IMG/VR virus record: IMGVR_UViG_3300012147_000038
Coordinates: 1 to 36,610 of that record
Strand: one strand, 5' to 3'
DNA length: 36,610 bases
Source of the DNA: a virus
Taxonomy: Duplodnaviria; Caudoviricetes
A program made the position numbers and the translations under genes. Of the stretch, positions 34,142 through 36,610 are shown piece by piece (position 1 is the first letter of the stretch; each line of letters opens with the position of its first letter). Below the pieces are notes generated by a model. It worked only from the letters and a program-made list of their open reading frames with translations, was not told the DNA's origin and made no database searches.

Positions 34142-34879
34142 CTTAAAAGGTCTAAAATTGGCAGTTTAACCGATTTTTGTGCATTTCATCGAATAAATTT
34201 TAAAAATCAAATATGTGTTTGTATGTTTGTAGTGTCAATATGACAAACGTTCTTATTATTATTGTAATTTATAACCCCTATTAAGTTAGAACACCTTGAG
34301 AAAGTGTTTAGGTGCTATCGAATCAGGTAGGCAGGAGGTTTGCAACAACGGATATTTGCCGTGTAAAGCCAACTAGTTTAGATAGGGTAATTAGTGCCAA
34401 AGTGGAGAAATCCTAAATGTGCCAAATTTCTAGTAATACCCCGTTGTTATTTTGTTATTGAATTTGCGTTATAGTTATGCAATCCGCTTCCCATGCAGCG
34501 GTAAAAGTTTGGGGAACTGAAATATTGAGTGGTTCTCATGTGTATAGCATGAGAGGTGTAAAAAATCCGATTAGATATAAAAGTCGGTTCTTATTTAGGG
34601 GAAAGTTCCCATCTTTGAAGGCACGCTCAATTTTCAAGATGTTAGCGATAAAGGCGCAATCCGTCAAAACGGATACGGGGGCAAACCCCGTACAATGGTT
34701 AACTACTATTGAATACCTTGTTGAAAAATAAAATCTAGTACTATGGGTTTTATAGTTTAGACTACTTTAAAATGTACGAAAAGTAAAAAACTATAGATAT
34801 TATACTAGCTAGGTAGATGTAGAAAATATTCTACCTAGCAACTAAACACCTCAAAACGGGGTGTATTTTAAGTTTAAAA

Positions 34880-35302
34880 ATGGCAATATTGCCAAACAAA
34901 TTGTTAAATAATTATATTATGAAAATTAGCACAAAGAATGTAAAAGCCGAAGTTAAAACAGGTAAAAACAAAGGTATGACGACATACAAAAGTCAAGTAT
35001 TAGAGGTTAACCGTGCCTTAAAGAGAGAAAACAAGTCTCTTAGCGGGTGTATTAAATTCCTTTTATGTTTCTCAAAAGAAACAGGATTAGATCCCAACCG
35101 TATTAAAATACTACGTTTTATCCAAAAGGATGACGCTGCATTTAAGTCGTTCAAAAGTATAGTTAGGGTTAGTAAGTCCGGTAACCATAGCCCGTTCTAT
35201 ATATTGCAGACCCTAAACAAAAACCTCTCTGATCTTAACAAGCCGAAGGTAAAGGCAGCACCCAAGGCAAAGGTAAAGGCAGCACCCAAGGCAAAGAAAT
35301 AA
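34880..35302 (+). CDS. Basic protein with histone H1-like PKAKVKAA tail
   Basis: C-terminal PKVKAAPKAKVKAAPKAKK; true start may be a downstream Met; followed by a terminator. Confidence 0.7.
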   Translation: MAILPNKLLNNYIMKISTKNVKAEVKTGKNKGMTTYKSQVLEVNRALKRENKSLSGCIKFLLCFSKETGLDPNRIKILRFIQKDDAAFKSFKSIVRVSKSGNHSPFYILQTLNKNLSDLNKPKVKAAPKAKVKAAPKAKK

Positions 35303-35325
35303 TAATACCAACTCAAGTAGACCAT

Positions 35326-35359
35326 AACCCCTATACTGTAATTGTATAGGGGTTTTTTT
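35326..35359 (+). terminator. Intrinsic terminator
   Basis: AACCCCTATAC-TGTAATT-GTATAGGGGTTTTTTT. Confidence 0.85.
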
Positions 35360-35453
35360 ATTATCACATAAATACCTTATGGCATTGTTCGGTACATCCT
35401 TAAATAATATAGGACGGGGTTCGATTCCCTACTTGCCACTAAAATATACAACT

Positions 35454-35723
35454 ATGTACGCATTAACTGAACACGAAAATTGGGACACGTTTGCAATAAT
35501 GAATGAATACCCTAACAAAGAACTATTAGAAAAACAATTTTTATTTGCCGTAAAGGAAGAGGCAAGCTGCGAAAATGTAATGCCTTCCGATAATAACGTG
35601 GATATAGCAAGTATTATATTGTCCGTGGATTGGGGAATAAGTAAGTACATAGACGTTATATGTCACGACGAAATGGAAGCTTGGGCAGTAAGAATAGAAA
35701 TAAAAAAGATAACAACCTATTAA
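35454..35723 (+). CDS. Hypothetical protein
   Basis: Start moved to MYALTEH because the upstream part is a structured T-arm-like element. Confidence 0.6.
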   Translation: MYALTEHENWDTFAIMNEYPNKELLEKQFLFAVKEEASCENVMPSDNNVDIASIILSVDWGISKYIDVICHDEMEAWAVRIEIKKITTY

Positions 35724-35742
35724 TCAAATAAAAATAGAAACC

Positions 35743-35868
35743 ATGAACAATACAGGAAACGAAATACTAGATCTTTACGTTGCAATGGCTACGTACATAG
35801 TACTAATGGCTTTTGCCTTTACTATGTACAGAGCCTTTAAGAGTTGGTATAACGACACGAAAAAATAA
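35743..35868 (+). CDS. Small single-TM protein (41 aa)
   Basis: Hand-translated MNNTGNEILDLYVAMATYIVLMAFAFTMYRAFKSWYNDTKK; A-rich upstream region. Confidence 0.6.
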   Translation: MNNTGNEILDLYVAMATYIVLMAFAFTMYRAFKSWYNDTKK

Positions 35869-35879
35869 ACAAACTGTCA

Positions 35880-36413
35880 ATGAAACGGCTACTTTTACTT
35901 TTACTTATTATAATCACTACCAACATATCCGCACAGGATAGAGAAACAGAGTTCAAGGTTTACATACCATTAAGAACATATCACTTCGACCAGAACCCCG
36001 ACATGGCTTACCATAATACAGAGGGCGGCCACGGTGTCGTAGGTATCTATAGAAGAACCGATGGTAGATGGTTCAATGACTTACAGGCAGGTGTACTGGC
36101 CAACAGCTACCATAGATTATCTTTTCTATTACAATACGGAGTAGGTAGGAGCATAGGTAAACTGGACATATCGGCTAACTTAGGATTGATTAGCGGTTAT
36201 CAGAATCTATTCAGACCTTACATAAAGACCAACGGTGAATATGACCATAACGGAATGACTAACGACCTCACAACGAACCTACCAAGCATAATGAGGAACA
36301 ATGGCATACTACCTGCTGCAAGTGTAAGTATATCTTATAAGACAGGGATAGTATCGCCCCTACTTGTAATCAGTCCTAATTATCTGAACGCAGGTATCGT
36401 GATTAATTTATAA
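35880..36413 (+). CDS. Exported small outer-membrane beta-barrel-like protein
   Basis: Sec signal peptide (MKRLLLLLL...ISAQ), alternating amphipathic strands, NSY and GLISGY motifs. Confidence 0.6.
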   Translation: MKRLLLLLLIIITTNISAQDRETEFKVYIPLRTYHFDQNPDMAYHNTEGGHGVVGIYRRTDGRWFNDLQAGVLANSYHRLSFLLQYGVGRSIGKLDISANLGLISGYQNLFRPYIKTNGEYDHNGMTNDLTTNLPSIMRNNGILPAASVSISYKTGIVSPLLVISPNYLNAGIVINL

Positions 36414-36433
36414 GACACAGTAAAATAAACAAC

Positions 36434-36610
36434 ATGAAGAAAATACTGTTAATTTTCACTATCAACACAATCATGGCAAGTTGTGCCATAACTAAACAGG
36501 ACAAAATAGAATCGACCGTTGTATCATGGGGGGGTTGTTGTAAGTACGAAGTAAACACGGACGACACAATTACATACTATGATTATACAGTCCAAAGGTA
36601 TCAAGAGGAC
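36434..36610 (+). CDS. Putative lipoprotein (truncated by window end)
   Basis: MKKILLIFTINTIMASC lipobox. Confidence 0.6.
   Translation, partial: MKKILLIFTINTIMASCAITKQDKIESTVVSWGGCCKYEVNTDDTITYYDYTVQRYQED

Noticed and set aside
34477-34731. 84-aa ORF as protein gene
   Set aside because: No recognisable features and coincides with dense hairpins; more likely RNA structure, though not excluded

Overview
This window is part of a tailed dsDNA phage genome with a probable Bacteroidota (flavobacterial-type) host. The host is inferred from many TTTG-N19/20-TAnnTTTG promoters and a BACON-domain gene. The virion module is podovirus-type with crAss/Cellulophaga-phage-like gene order. Positions 1-27.5 kb (minus strand) encode a serine recombinase, RyR-domain protein, holin, M15 endolysin, two paralogous tail fibres, a GroES-like protein, terminase, portal, scaffold, major capsid, tail ring/muzzle and internal virion proteins. 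Positions 28.9-32.9 kb hold 24 tRNA or tRNA-like genes covering all 20 amino acids, in three operons. Main finding: each tRNA operon is preceded by a host-type promoter, a 25-30 aa leader ORF missed by the ORF track, an antiterminator and an intrinsic terminator. Each leader is a run of codons for the amino acids whose tRNAs lie downstream. This suggests ribosome-mediated attenuation that senses shortage of particular tRNAs and switches on the matching phage tRNAs. Positions 33.3-34.9 kb are a non-coding strand-switch region with repeats and a candidate large structured RNA, followed by plus-strand early-type genes. All calls come from manual reading; no databases or folding programs were run.
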